NCBI RefSeq assembly: GCF_000315625.1
Contig: NW_005434499.1
Span: 1 to 48,595, forward strand
Source of the DNA: Guillardia theta CCMP2712
Lineage: Eukaryota; Protista; Cryptophyta
Direction of reading: 5' to 3'
DNA length: 48,595 bases
This document shows positions 34,882 to 47,679 of the stretch, one piece after another. A program made the translations under genes and the position numbers. The stretch's first letter is position 1, and every line of letters starts with the position of its first letter. Below the pieces are notes generated by a model, which was not told the DNA's origin, did not search any database, and saw only the letters and a program-made list of their open reading frames with translations.

Positions 34882-37800
34882 TCACTTCTTCTTCTTCCCC
34901 TTCTTCCCCTGTCCAATCATCAGCATAGTCTCATAAACTCTCCTCCCTTTTCCTCCTCCCATTACTCCTCCTACACTTCGCCCCATCCCTTCCCCATCCC
35001 CGCTCCCCTTCTCCTTTTCCTACTCGACTTCCCACCCACCTTCCTTCTCCTCCTCCTCCTCCTCCTCCTCCTCCTCCTCCTCCTCCTCCCTCTCCTCCTC
35101 CTCCTCCTCCTCCTCCTCCTCCTCCTCCTCCTCCTCACCTTGGTCTTCCCTCCTTTCTTCCCCTTAGTCGCCTTCTTCTTCTCTGCCAGCACCGGGTCGG
35201 GTATAAGGTTCCAACCGGGCCTGGGAAGCATCTCGAGACACTTGGCGTACGACCTGAGGTGGTTGTGAGGTGAGCGAAGCAGCCAAGAGGGAGGAGAAGA
35301 GGAGGAGAGGGGAAGGGGGAGGAGGCGGAGGAGGAGGATGAGGAGGATGAGGATGAGGAGGATGAGGATGAGGATGAGGATGAGGAGGGGGAGGAGGAGG
35401 AGGAGAATGAGGAGGATGAGGATGAGGAGGATGAGGATGAGGAGGAGGATGAGGAGGGGGAGGAGGAGGAGGAGGAGGAGGAGAACCTGTCTTCAGGCAC
35501 AACGAGAGCTTTCTCGATGACGTTGAGAGGACAGGAGATCTTGGTCTTGGCAAAGGCTCTCTTGATGCGATCGACTTCGGTGAGCTGAACAGCCCGAGAG
35601 GAGACGGCGGAGGAGGGGCGGTCAGTGCGAGGACGAGCCGAAAGCTGTCGGACTGTAGGCGCCTGCGACTGCCTGTAGCAAAGGTGAGACGAGCAGGGGG
35701 GGGCAAGAGAGACGAGCAAGGGAGTGAGGGGACAAGCATCAGGTAAGCTGATTGACAGCGAGTAGGTATACTTGAGCGGCGGAGGCAAGGGGGGAAGTAG
35801 GAGCGAGTGGTGGAGTGCAGGAGGAGAAGTAGAGGAACAGAGGTAGAGGAAGGGAGCAGGAGAAGTAGAGGAACAGAGGTAGAGGAAGGGAGGGAGGAGA
35901 AGGGCAAGAAAGGAGAACCTGTAGGACGAGGTAGGGCGAGAGCTGTGCGGAGAGAAGAAGCCATGCAGCTGGATGTGTTCCCCCTTGCCTTCCCCCTTGC
36001 TCTGCTGGGGGATGCCCTTGGCCTCGTCGTAGGCTGAGATGTGGGCGGCAACTCGGGCCCCAGCCGTGTGCGGTCTGGAGGAGGAAGAGAAGGTAAGGAG
36101 GTTCTTGTTGGAGGGCGAGCTAAAGAGGTGGTTCCCAGCTGGATCATGACCTGCCAGCCGAGCTGAGATGGGCCGAGCTAGTGAGTCCTGGGGCCAGCCC
36201 GCTGGTGTGTAGGCCTGGCGCAGCCCGTCGTAAGGGGATTTGAGCTGGGGGACCTTGAGGAACTTCTCCGGGAGGGGCTGTGCGGGGATGAGGTCTTCGA
36301 TGACCTCGACTCCCTCGTCGTCGGAATCCGAGTCGATGCCCGAGTAGACGGTCGGAGAAGAAGGAGGATGTGCGCTGGCCTTGGCCGAGGGCTGGAGGGA
36401 TGGAGGAAGCAGGAGGGAGGAGGAGGGAGGAGGAGAGGATGGATAGAGAGGAGGGAAGGGAGAGGGAAGAGGAGCGCGAAGAGAAGGGATTAGGAGCCCG
36501 GAGGGAAGGAGGAAGTTGAAGAACGAAGGAGGGGAGAGCGTCAGAACCTGGAAAGCAAAGGAAGAGATTCAGTCTCACCGCTGTGGAGGACGTGGGTCGG
36601 GCATGTAGGCTGGCCGTCTGGGAGGCAAATCGCACGGACTCCTGCCGTCGCGCAACCTCCTCCTCGATCTTGGCTCGGTTCATGGCCCACCAGGCCATCG
36701 CCTCCTGCACTTCCTTCTCGGACCTTCTCTCCATCTCCTCCTCCTCACGCTTCCTCAGCCACAGCTCGTGGACTGGAGGCACAGAGTTAACAGAAATGGC
36801 ACGACGAGAGAGACAGGAGAGCTGGACGAGAGAAAATGGAAGGAAGGAGGGCAGGGAAGGAAAAGGAGGGAGGGAGGGAGGGAGAGGGGAAAGAGAGAGC
36901 AGGAGAGAAGAGAGGAGAGAAGGGGAGAGAAGGAGAGGTAAAGAAAGGTATGCAAGGGAGGTGGGGAGAGTTGGCACGCACTCTTCTTGTCTTGCTCAGT
37001 GTCAATGAACAGCAGCCCGTCATCGAGCATGGGGCTCTTGTGCATCGCCGATCGCTTCTTCACCGCCTCCTCAGCTGCCCGGATGGAGGATAAAGGGATA
37101 CCCTGCCGCAGCATCTGAGACAGACGAAGGTTCCGCATCTTGAACTCTTTGATCCTCTCAGAGGGAGGGATCGCCTTTAGACCCTCTTGCGTGCTGTGAG
37201 GGGCTCGAGGGGAGTCGGTCTGCTGCAGCACCGCTGCTGCCTCTGTGGGCAGGAGCTCCTGCTCCTGAAAGCTGGAGAACCTCCGCTCCTTGACCCTCAT
37301 GGAGGGCGCAGAGGCAGTGGAAGGCTTCGGCCTGGTGGGGGAGGAGGAGGCAAGAGGTTTAGCCGCTGGTGTGCTATCCTTGAGGACGGCGAACGAATTG
37401 CCTTGAGGGTTCTTGGAGTTCTTTTCTTGATACCAGGAGTAGACTCGCTCGATCTGATTCTTCCGCATGCCAGCATTCTTGGTGAAGAGACACTCTCGAA
37501 GCATCGTCCTCACAGCAGCGAAGACAGCCTGGTCGTACTTGGACGGCACCTGACCCTCCCCGCGCATTGACGCGTCGAAGGTTTCCAGGGCGTGCAGCAT
37601 CTCCTGAAACATGGGGTTTGTCTCCAGGAACGCATCTTTGAGCGATCTCAGGTCTGGAGCAGCGGTGATGGCCTCGTCGGAGAGAACCTTCACGTTCTTG
37701 TTGGAGTTCTCTATCAGCTCGTCGAGCTTGTCCTTGCGAGCATCGGGGGCGACGCCGAAGGATGGCGTCGGAATGTTCTTCTGCAGGTACATGGCGACTT

Positions 37801-38137
37801 CTACTTCCTTGCCCAACTCGTGCTTGCAACAGTTGCTAACATCTGAGAGCAGGAGTTAGAGCAAGAAAGTCGTCTGGATCAGATGCTAGTTAGAGCAAGA
37901 AAGTCGTCTGGATCAGATGCTGTCTGCTCTGCTCGTCTCGCCCTCCTCGCATGCACCAGCATGAAATTCTACACATCTCAACGTTGCGCATCCTACCTGC
38001 CCAGCTATTTTCCTCCACACTTGGCTGTTTCTGCACCTCACGTTGCTACCTGATCCCACTTTCGGACATTGTCCTGAAGCTGCAGGTCCTTCTGTTCCAC
38101 GTATCATCCTCGTCGTATCATCCTCATCCTCCTGCAT
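34882..38137 (-). CDS. Hypothetical protein, multi-exon, Lys-rich C-terminus; start uncertain
   Basis: ~0.85 kb open exon near 36980-37840; further exons ELWLRKREEE...EAMAWWAMNRAKIEEEVARRQES and EVDRIKRAFAKTKISCPLNVIEKALVVPEDR|SYAKCLEMLPRPG; ends GKKGKKKK*. Confidence 0.6.
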
Positions 38138-38674
38138 GTTCTATCCATCCATCTCGCCCTCCTCATCCGTACACTCGCCCTCTCCACAAGTCCTCTCCAC
38201 CTCTCCTTCCCACTCCCCTTGCAAACGTCTCTCGTCCCTCCTCTATCCCCTCGCTCTCCCCTCTCTCCCCTCTCCTCTCTCCTCTCTCATCTTTCTTATC
38301 TCTCCTCTCTCCTCCTCTCCTCCTCTCCTCCTCTCCTCTCTCCTCCTCTCTCATCTGCCATCTCCCTCTCCCCTCCGCTCTCCTCTCCTCTCATCTCATC
38401 TCCTCTCATCTCAGGCTCGTTCCTCCCTGCATTCCTTCCGTTGCCGTTTCATGGCCCTCGTCCCCTACTTTCGGTTCCCCTACCAGTGACACCAGTACCC
38501 CTATTTTTCTCATTGAAAGTACCCCCTTTTGCCGATACCCCATCGAGGTCTGCGGTGCAAGTGTTTCCAGTAGGGTGGGGTACTTGAGTTGGAGGCGGGC
38601 CAACCACACGTTGTGACGGGGAGGCCGCCATGGCAAGAATGCGAGAAAAGCAAAGAAAGGAGGGAGAGGGAGAA

Positions 38675-38715
<41 letters not shown>

Positions 38716-39097
38716 AAGACAGGGACAGGGACAAAGACAGGGACAGGGTCGGGGACAGGGACAGAGACAGAGACAGCGCGAGGGCGAGGGCGAGGGCGAG
38801 GGCGAGGGCGAGGGGGGGGCGAGGGAGGAAGGGAGAGGGAATAAGCGATCATGGTGAGAACAGAGAATGGAGGTAGTGATGGAGATGGAAATGCTGTGTG
38901 AAATTAGCTTCGAACGATACTAACCACAAAACGTTTAAAAAAGTATGTTCATGCGGGTATGATAGAACAGGGCTATTGCCGTCAGAAAGACTGTCAACGA
39001 TAGCCTTTCCCTGGTCTATCGGAATTGCTTACCGCTGCTGACTTAGCTTGCAGTTCCCAAGGTGTACAAAGAGCCTTCTTGAGGAGAGGACGCAGCC

Positions 39098-40426
39098 ATG
39101 CAGACTGAGCTGCTTATAACCGGGGGTATCCTCTCAGTGGTGCTCTCTGCTGTGTTTGCTGCAGTCTTCAACCCTCTTCCTCCCAAGCCAGGCGTCGTCG
39201 GGATCGACTTAGGCACTACCTACTCTGTGATCGCTCTCTTCCATAATGGGTCTGTCGAGGTCGTGCCAGACAAGCAGGGCAGGAACTTGACCCCGAGCGT
39301 CGTCGCCTTCCGCAACCAGGAGGTGCTAGTGGGGTACGAGGCACGCGAGTACGGCAAGCTGCATCCTCGCTCTGTCATCTTTGACGCCAAGCGCTACATC
39401 GGGCATCGGTTCAACGAGGAGACGGTACAGCATGACCGCAAGCTCGTGCCCTTCGACGTGGTGGACGTGAACGGCAGCGCGTTCATCCAAGTGGAGGTCG
39501 GCAAGGAGAAGCGCGTGATGTCGCCGGAAGCCGTCGGAGCTCATGTCTTGCGCAAGATGAAGAAGCAGGTGGAGAACTACATCGGTCGCCCCGTGCTCAA
39601 GGCCGTGCTGGCCGTCCCAGCTGACTTCACGGAGGAGCAGAGAAACGCGACTATCGAAGCTGGACGGCAGGCGGGGCTGGACGTGCTCAGGATCATCAGC
39701 GAGCCCACGGCCGCGGCGCTCGCCTACGGGCTTCAACAGATGCCCGCAGCCAACATCCTGGTGTACGACTTCGGAGGAGGGACTCTAGACGTCAGCCTTC
39801 TGCGTTTGGAAGGAGGAGTGTTCGAGGTGGTCGCAGCCTGCGGGGACGAGCATCTTGGGGGCGAGGACTTCAACGGGGAGTTGCTGGAGTACCTGCTCGC
39901 TGAGTTCAAGGAGCAGTCCGGACTGTCGGCTATCGAGAACTCCGCGGCTGTGGACATGCTTCGGCACGAGGTGGAGCAGGCGAAGATCTCGCTCTCCTCT
40001 TCCTCCGAGGCCACAATTGCGATCCACAACTTCTTCCAAGGGCGCGAGTACAGGAGGACGCTGAGCCGGGTGGAGGCAGAGAAGATCTGGGGAACCTTGT
40101 TCCACAGAGCCATCTGGCCGGTCGAGCAGGTGCTGCAGCTGAGCGGGTACGAGAGGCATGAGGTCGACCAGATTGTGCTGGTCGGGGGGACGACGAGGGT
40201 CCCGCACATCCGGCAGATGATGAGAGACTTCTTCAGCAAGGAGCCCAACTGGGAGGTAGACCCCGACCAGGCGGTGGCGTGGGGGACGGCAGTGCAGGCT
40301 GGTATCCTAACGGATGCCAAGGGGATCAAGGTTGCGGCAACGGAGTACTGGGGGTCGGGAGCGAGGAAATGCGATCCTCTCTCACGGCCCATGGTGAAGG
40401 ACAAGGAGCAGGCAGTCGTGTCGTGA
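39098..40426 (+). CDS. HSPA13: Hsp70-family protein, HSPA13/STCH-like (signal/anchor plus ATPase domain, no substrate-binding domain), intronless, 442 aa
   Basis: Hydrophobic leader; PLPPKPGVVGIDLGTTYS; IISEPTAAALAYG; VYDFGGGTLDVSLL; LVGGTTRVP; ends shortly after VDPDQAVAWGTAVQAGI. Confidence 0.8.
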   Translation: MQTELLITGGILSVVLSAVFAAVFNPLPPKPGVVGIDLGTTYSVIALFHNGSVEVVPDKQGRNLTPSVVAFRNQEVLVGYEAREYGKLHPRSVIFDAKRYIGHRFNEETVQHDRKLVPFDVVDVNGSAFIQVEVGKEKRVMSPEAVGAHVLRKMKKQVENYIGRPVLKAVLAVPADFTEEQRNATIEAGRQAGLDVLRIISEPTAAALAYGLQQMPAANILVYDFGGGTLDVSLLRLEGGVFEVVAACGDEHLGGEDFNGELLEYLLAEFKEQSGLSAIENSAAVDMLRHEVEQAKISLSSSSEATIAIHNFFQGREYRRTLSRVEAEKIWGTLFHRAIWPVEQVLQLSGYERHEVDQIVLVGGTTRVPHIRQMMRDFFSKEPNWEVDPDQAVAWGTAVQAGILTDAKGIKVAATEYWGSGARKCDPLSRPMVKDKEQAVVS

Positions 40427-40557
40427 TGGACTACATGGCGAGCCCTTGTTTATGCTGCTGTGCTCCAACTCCTCCCCTCCTTCTCTCCCTCCTGTCAATG
40501 AAGCTTTCGTGCAATGCTTCTTCCCCGCGCCCAAACTTCTCACAGGCGGCAAGCTAG

Positions 40558-41160
40558 TCAGCCCTCGTACTCGTAGTCCATGGCAAGCGGAGGCTGCTCC
40601 ATGTTGGGCTTCAGGTCGTTGTTCAGAACCTCCACATGCTCTGGATGGGGCCCGTATGCCTTGATGGTTGTCATTTGAGAAGGAGAGCAACAGAGGGGGG
40701 GGGGGGGGAAGAGGGGAGGAGGAGCAGCAGCAGCAGCATAGGAGGAGGAAGAGGAGCAGCAGCAGAGGAGGAGGACGAGGAGCAGCAGCATAGCAGCAGC
40801 AGCAGCAGCAGTATGGAGCAGCAGCAGCAGAGGAGGAGGAGGAGCAGCGATCTTCTCATACCTGCAGTGCCTCCTTGTCCTTTAGGTCCACAACGAGGGC
40901 ATGGGTGAAGCCCTGCGCGCGGTCGGTGGTGAAGGTGGGCCCGAAGGAGATGGCGATGATTCCCGGGACCTTGCCTTACTCGCGCATTAGCCAGGAAGAG
41001 ACGTTGAGCTAGGTTTTCACCTTTCAGCGCCTCCAAGTTGCTCTTGACTCTCCCAGCCACTGCAATCGCCACTGAGTCAGTCCCTTTCCCTCCTCGTCCC
41101 TCGCGCTGTCTAGACCCACGTCAGCAAGGGTAACTACCTTCGTTGCTTCTTTCTGCTGCC
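40558..41160 (-). CDS. Stress-responsive A/B barrel (Dabb) domain protein; N-terminus probably in or beyond the gap
   Basis: Spliced reading VKSNLEALK|GKVPGIIAISFGPTFTTDRAQGFTHALVVDLKDKEALQ|AYGPHPEHVEVLNNDLKPNMEQPPLAMDYEYEG* (exons 40974-40862, 40659-40558); not visible as a single ORF. Confidence 0.82.
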
Positions 41161-41324
41161 CTGTCCTCCCATTCTACCCTGCCCCCCACTTCCCAACCGC
41201 CTTTCTCCTCCTCCTCCCCAGCCCTTTCACTTCCCCTCCCATCCTCCTCGTCCTCCTTTTCTTCTTCGTCTTCTTCGTCATCATCTTCTTCTTCTTCTTC
41301 TTCCTCCTCCTCCTCCTCTCTCTC

Positions 41325-41424
41325 NNNNNNNNNNNNNNNNNNNNNNNNNNNNNNNNNNNNNNNNNNNNNNNNNNNNNNNNNNNNNNNNNNNNNNNNNNNN
41401 NNNNNNNNNNNNNNNNNNNNNNNN
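41325..41424. other. Assembly gap (100 N, true size probably unknown)
   Basis: N characters. Confidence 1.
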
Positions 41425-42775
41425 GTACATGATGGACACCTGTGTTGACGGGTTGATGTCAATGCAGCCAAAGAGCTCAAGGAGAAGAAGAAGAAGGGCG
41501 TGAAGAGAACCACTTGCGGTTCACAAGCTGAAATTGTTAAGGCGACGGGTGGTTTGAAGCATCGTCATGTTGAAAATGTGTTTTATTCGGATTTTTCATT
41601 AAATGTGTTGAATTGTTCATTACAGGTCAGGCCACTCTTGGCTTCGTTAACCTCTGATCCCTGCGCAAAAAAATGAGATTCAGGAAGCTTTCAGAGCTAT
41701 AATGAAAGTGATCAAACAGCATGCAGTGTACAAACTTTCAAACAGGTAGCTCGGTACTCATGAATCAGAATCCATGCCAGAAAATGTTCATCACTGGTTT
41801 CAGTGAAGCAGAATTCGAAAAAGGATTCATCATCTTCATGAATTTGCAAGCCCCGGGTGTTCGAAACAGCGGACAGTTCGCATCACACAAGGATCATGTG
41901 AAATCAGGATTGTAAAGCACGGTTTCGCATAGTTTGCTGGAAGAAGGAAGACAAGAAATAGTTGGAAGAAGAAGAATTCACGGCATTTCAACACATTCCA
42001 TCGGCTTATCTTGCTCCTCCTCCTCCTCCTCCTCCTCCTCCTCCTCCTCCTCCTCCTCCTCCTCCTCCTCACCTGCTTCATCCATCTGCTTCATCTTGAA
42101 CAGCACGATATGTTTCACCACCATGGCGGCCCCTTACTACCCCCACCTCCTCCAATCCTAGCCTACCCTGGACTTTCAATACCCACCCTACTTTTAATAT
42201 TTGAAATACCCCACGTTCTTACACCACTTGAATAATTCGATTAACCCCCTACCCCAACATTTGATAAAAACTACCCTCTCCTGAGTTGGTTTGTCCGACT
42301 CTCTGGTCTACCAGGATCGCGGTCTGTCGGGGGGCCGCCATGGCGATAGACCACATGCAGCCATGTTGAGGAGAAGGAGGAGGAGGAGGAGGAGGAGGAG
42401 GAGGAGGAGGAGAGGGAGCCAGGGAGATCGGGAGAAGTAGTAAGATGAACTGAGAAAACAAGGGAATGGGAGCAATGAACGGTCGTTCAGTATCATTGAG
42501 CGAGAGAGAAATTTGGATACGAAATTCGAAAAAATGCAAGTTGGCATGTTTTGAGAGATGTCGTAAAGTATCTGAAGTGAATAAGTTTGTGGTTGATGAT
42601 AGTTATCGTATGCAAGAGGCGAATTATGTCGATGAAGAAAAAGTTGACAATGCTGTCCAGAAAAATCTCCACTATAAAACTTGGCTGATATTTTCACTTG
42701 CAGAATATGAAGGAGACGATGGGGGGTCTGTCAGCATGAGATCGAAGTCAAGAAAACGCAATTGAGATCCTCGGA

Positions 42776-43898
42776 ATGATGAAACTCGGTCCCCTTAGGT
42801 GCAGCAACAGCCTCGTTTCCATGCTCGCGCTCTTGTTCCTACTGCAGTCTACCGAAGAGTTGCGGGAGACTGCGAGCGGACTCTACGAACGCAGAGGAGT
42901 GAAATACTCGGCTCCTCTGCTTCAGCCTCCATCATGGGCTGTACTTGCATGCCTTGCTGCTCCTGCTCTCTCACTCTCCCTCCTTCCAGGTCGATCGGGA
43001 CACCAAGTGCTGGGCGGGAAAGTCGTTTTACAGCACCAGAGGGCTGGTAGCGAGGCTGCGGGGGGGATGGGGGATTGGAAATGAGAGATACTATGAACTT
43101 CTTGGATTGAAGAAGATGGATGTACCATCGCCGACGTGAGGGAGGAGGAGGAGGAGGAGGAGGAGGAGGAGGAGAGGGAGGGGGAGAGGGAGAGGGAATG
43201 GGAGGGGGCAGGATGGTGATGGTGATGGTGATGACTGATTATCACGATGCTTCACAAGATGTTGTGAGAAGCGATGAGGGAGAAGAATTTGTGCTGCCAT
43301 TGCTGCATGTAAAACCACGAGGTTCTGTGACTTTGTTTGTTTCATAACAGGGAGGTCAAGAAAGCGTATCACAAGATGGCGTTGAAATGGCATCCAGATC
43401 GCCATCCTTCCAAGTTTGTTTTGTTCTGCTCTTGACATTTCCGGATATCAAACATGTCGCAGCAAGGAACTCGCAGACAAGAAATTCAAAGAAATCCAAG
43501 AAGCCTATGATGTTCTCAGTGATCCGGCAAAACGAGATGCGTACGATGCTTATGGGGAAGGAGGAGTGAAGGGCCAGGCACAGGGGTGAGATTCTGATGA
43601 GTGATGATATGAGAGCTTGTATTGATACGAGATCTCGAACGATTGAAGGTGTTTGTGAAAGTTTTTAATGTTCGTCTTGCAATGGTGTTCATAATGATGA
43701 TGATCTGCTGACGATGACGACGACGACGATTTGGTGTTTGTTTCTTGCAGTGAGAATGGAGCAGGTCGGAGCAAGATCACGAGTATGAGGAGTTTGAGAC
43801 AAGCTTTGCTGAATTCGGTCGACGATTCAGGTGGAGAGGAGCAGCAGGAGCAGCAGGTGGAGGAGCAGGAGCAGGAGCAGGAGCAGGACGAGCAGGAG

Positions 43899-43976
<78 letters not shown>

Positions 43977-45477
43977 AGGTCTGATTCTTGGACCAGGCAT
44001 TCGTTCTCATCGCCAATGAACTTCCAGTTTAAACATCCTTGGAATGTCAAGAGGTATTAGACATTCCTCCTCTCCCTCCCTCCCTCCCTCCCTTCCTCCC
44101 TCCTCACCCTTCTGCTTGCCTCCCTCCCTTCCTCCCTCCTCCCCCTTCTGCTTGCCTCCCTCCCTCCCTCTCTCCTCTGCGTTTTGTTTTTGCTCACTTC
44201 ATCTCGCAGACTAGTGGAGAGAAAGTTGGTAGTCACCCTCGAAGAACTCTTCCACGGTATGTAGGAGGAGGATGGGGGATGCGGGAGCATGGAGGAGGAG
44301 GAGGAGGAGGAGGAGGAGGAGGAGGAGCGCGGAACTTTAGGACGACTTCGAGTCCTTCACTCAGTCTCTCCCTTGCTCTCCCATATTCCTCTTGCAGTCC
44401 TTTTGTCTCTCCTCACGGTTTATTAGGTGGGAAGCGAATGGAGAAAACTTCCGTTTATCATCTCGATCCTGTACTCCCCTTCCTCCTCTTCCTCCTCCTC
44501 TACTTACCACCTCCTCCTCTGTCTCCTCCTCAGCTACCTTCTCCTCCTCCTCCTCCCTTCTTTCTCTTCCCCTCTTCCTCCTCCTCTCCTTTTTCTCTCA
44601 TCTCGTTGCTCTCCCAGGGAACTGGTTTTGCTGTTCCCGTCGACAAAACATTCACAATCGACGTGAGGTTATGCGACCTAAGAAGCAAAGAGACTGACTC
44701 CTCCTCCTCCTCCTCCTTTTCTCTCCTCCTCCTCCTCCTCCTCCTCCTCCTCCTCCTCTTGTTTAACTCCATCTTCGTTTTCTACATGTTTTCCTCTATT
44801 TCTCTTCCTCTTTCCCTGTCCTTTCCTTTTGTACTTGCAGATCAAACGAGGATGGAAAGAAGGCACGCGAATAACATTTGAGGTACCTGCTGCTCATTCT
44901 CGTGCTCGTGCTCGTGCTCGTGCTCATGTTTGCCCTTCTCTTCTCCTCTCCTCTTCTTCTTGTCTGTCTTTCTCTTATCAAGTCGCAGGACGACGAAGGG
45001 CTGCAGAGCGTGTGTTTCGTGCTGAAAGAAAAGTCGCACGAGGTGAAGAAGCGAGGGAGAGGTGGAGGAGAGAGGGAGAGGTGGTGAAGAGTGGGGACGA
45101 AGGAAAGGGGTTGGGGAAAGGGGGGGGGAGAAGGTGGTGGAGGAGGAGATGGAGCAATTTGATAGGCGGGCAGTTTTTTAAGAGGATTGAGAATGATTTG
45201 ATCTACGTCTGTGAGCTCTCAAAGAAAGGTATCGATTCTTCCTCCCACTGCCTCTCCCTCTTTCCCTTCTCCTGCTATCCTCCCTCCCTCCCTCCCTCCC
45301 TCCCTCCCTCCCTCCCTCCCTCCCTCCCTCCCTCCCTCCCTCCCTCCCTCTTTCCCTCCCTCCCTGCCTCCCTCCCTCTTTCCCTCCCTCCCTGCCTCCC
45401 TCCCTACCTCCCTTCTCTCAACTAGATCTGCAGAGGCGAAGGAAGGAGTCAACGTCACCATCCCGACTATTGATGGG
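42776..45477 (+). CDS. Type II Hsp40/DnaJ (DNAJB-like) with N-terminal signal leader; many small exons, 3' end in gap
   Basis: YYELLGL; [18 protein letters not shown]; [29 protein letters not shown]; VTLEELFHG; [13 protein letters not shown]; [10 protein letters not shown]; VTIPTIDG. Confidence 0.88.
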
Positions 45478-45501
45478 GTACGAACAGTGATCATCCTCCT
45501 C

Positions 45502-45539
<38 letters not shown>

Positions 45540-45551
45540 CTCCTCCTCATC

Positions 45552-46347
45552 NNNNNNNNNNNNNNNNNNNNNNNNNNNNNNNNNNNNNNNNNNNNNNNNN
45601 NNNNNNNNNNNNNNNNNNNNNNNNNNNNNNNNNNNNNNNNNNNNNNNNNNNNNNNNNNNNNNNNNNNNNNNNNNNNNNNNNNNNNNNNNNNNNNNNNNNN
45701 NNNNNNNNNNNNNNNNNNNNNNNNNNNNNNNNNNNNNNNNNNNNNNNNNNNNNNNNNNNNNNNNNNNNNNNNNNNNNNNNNNNNNNNNNNNNNNNNNNNN
45801 NNNNNNNNNNNNNNNNNNNNNNNNNNNNNNNNNNNNNNNNNNNNNNNNNNNNNNNNNNNNNNNNNNNNNNNNNNNNNNNNNNNNNNNNNNNNNNNNNNNN
45901 NNNNNNNNNNNNNNNNNNNNNNNNNNNNNNNNNNNNNNNNNNNNNNNNNNNNNNNNNNNNNNNNNNNNNNNNNNNNNNNNNNNNNNNNNNNNNNNNNNNN
46001 NNNNNNNNNNNNNNNNNNNNNNNNNNNNNNNNNNNNNNNNNNNNNNNNNNNNNNNNNNNNNNNNNNNNNNNNNNNNNNNNNNNNNNNNNNNNNNNNNNNN
46101 NNNNNNNNNNNNNNNNNNNNNNNNNNNNNNNNNNNNNNNNNNNNNNNNNNNNNNNNNNNNNNNNNNNNNNNNNNNNNNNNNNNNNNNNNNNNNNNNNNNN
46201 NNNNNNNNNNNNNNNNNNNNNNNNNNNNNNNNNNNNNNNNNNNNNNNNNNNNNNNNNNNNNNNNNNNNNNNNNNNNNNNNNNNNNNNNNNNNNNNNNNNN
46301 NNNNNNNNNNNNNNNNNNNNNNNNNNNNNNNNNNNNNNNNNNNNNNN
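45552..46347. other. Assembly gap (N run)
   Basis: N characters. Confidence 1.
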
Positions 46348-46520
46348 ACAGAGAGAGAAGACGGGAGGAGCGAGGGAGCGAGGGAGCGAGGGAGGGGAGT
46401 GGGGGAGGGGCGGGAGGAGCGAGGAGCGAGGAGCGAGGAGCGAGGAGCGAGGAGCGAGGAGCGAGGAGCGAGGAGCGAGGGAGCGAGGGAGGGGAGTGGG
46501 GAGGGCGGAGGAGGGAGGAT

Positions 46521-47647
46521 CAGTGATCATTCGCTGTAGGTTCGCCGCAGCAGGAGGCATCTGCTTCCTGGTCCTCCGTCATCCCCTGCGAATTCTTCGC
46601 CTCCTCTGGATTTTGAGCACGCAGCTGCTCCTCATCTCAAGTCTCCTCAACCTCTACACGTGAAGTGCTGGAGGAGGAGGAGGAGAAGGAGGAGAGGAGG
46701 AGGAGTACGACGAGGGCCAAGGACGAGGACGAGGACGAGGATGAGGACGTGTCAGGAAGGGAGCATAGAGTGTAGTTGCGGGAGAAGGGAGGAGAGAAGA
46801 TGGGGATCAGGCATGAGGGTTTTGATTAAATGTTACACTTGTAGGGAGGGACAGAGAAGGAGAGGGAGAAGAAGGAAGGAAGTGGAGACAGAGGAGGAGG
46901 GAGTTGAGGAGGAGGAGGGAGGGGGAGGAGGGAGGGGGAGGGGGAGGAGAGTCAACGGACAGCCCTCAAGTTGCCGCTAGGAGATGAACAGCATCTCCTC
47001 TCTCCCTGCCGCTGCAGCTCCTTCTGCACCTGCACCAGCAGTCAGCAACGGAAGTGAAAGACGGTCCAGCACGGGCCCAGCAGACCCCTCGCTCACCTTC
47101 CGACCGGGGGGTCGGGCTGCCGCCCAGCTGACCCTGGCGACCTCCGAGCTGGTGAAAGAAGGCGTGAAGCTCGCTCCTGCTGGGGGGAGGCGACGACAGG
47201 GAAAGCTCTCCCCTCTCAGCCTCCGGCGGAGCCTTCAGGTCGGCCTGTAGCTCAGGTTCAGCTGTGCTTGAGGGAGGAGGGAAGGGACGGGTGAGGGGTT
47301 GGGTGGAGGGGGCATTTTCTCAGCTCTCACCCCGTTGGAGCGAGACAAGGAGAGGAAGAGCTCGTCCTCTAGGCTCGTCCTCCTCTCGTTGGAGCTGCTG
47401 CGGGGGGAGGGCGTGTTGGGGCCACCGTTGACTGCGGTTTTGAAGAGAGAGTCCTGCTGGTGGTCAGCTGGAGGAAGAGGAGGGGGGGGAGGAGGTACGT
47501 CGAGAAGAGGAGAGGAGGAAGGTGGGGTGACAGGATAGTCCGCAGAGAGAAGTCCCGAGCTGGAGAAGGCCTGCGTGGTAGAAAGTCAACTGAGAGGGCG
47601 GAGAAAGGAGGTGGAAGAGAAGGGGGTGAGGGACAAGGACGAGGACA

Positions 47648-47679
<32 letters not shown>

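Noticed and set aside
41721-42765. Short ORFs between the Dabb and DnaJ genes
   Set aside because: AT-rich or low-complexity, no motifs, no convincing splice structure
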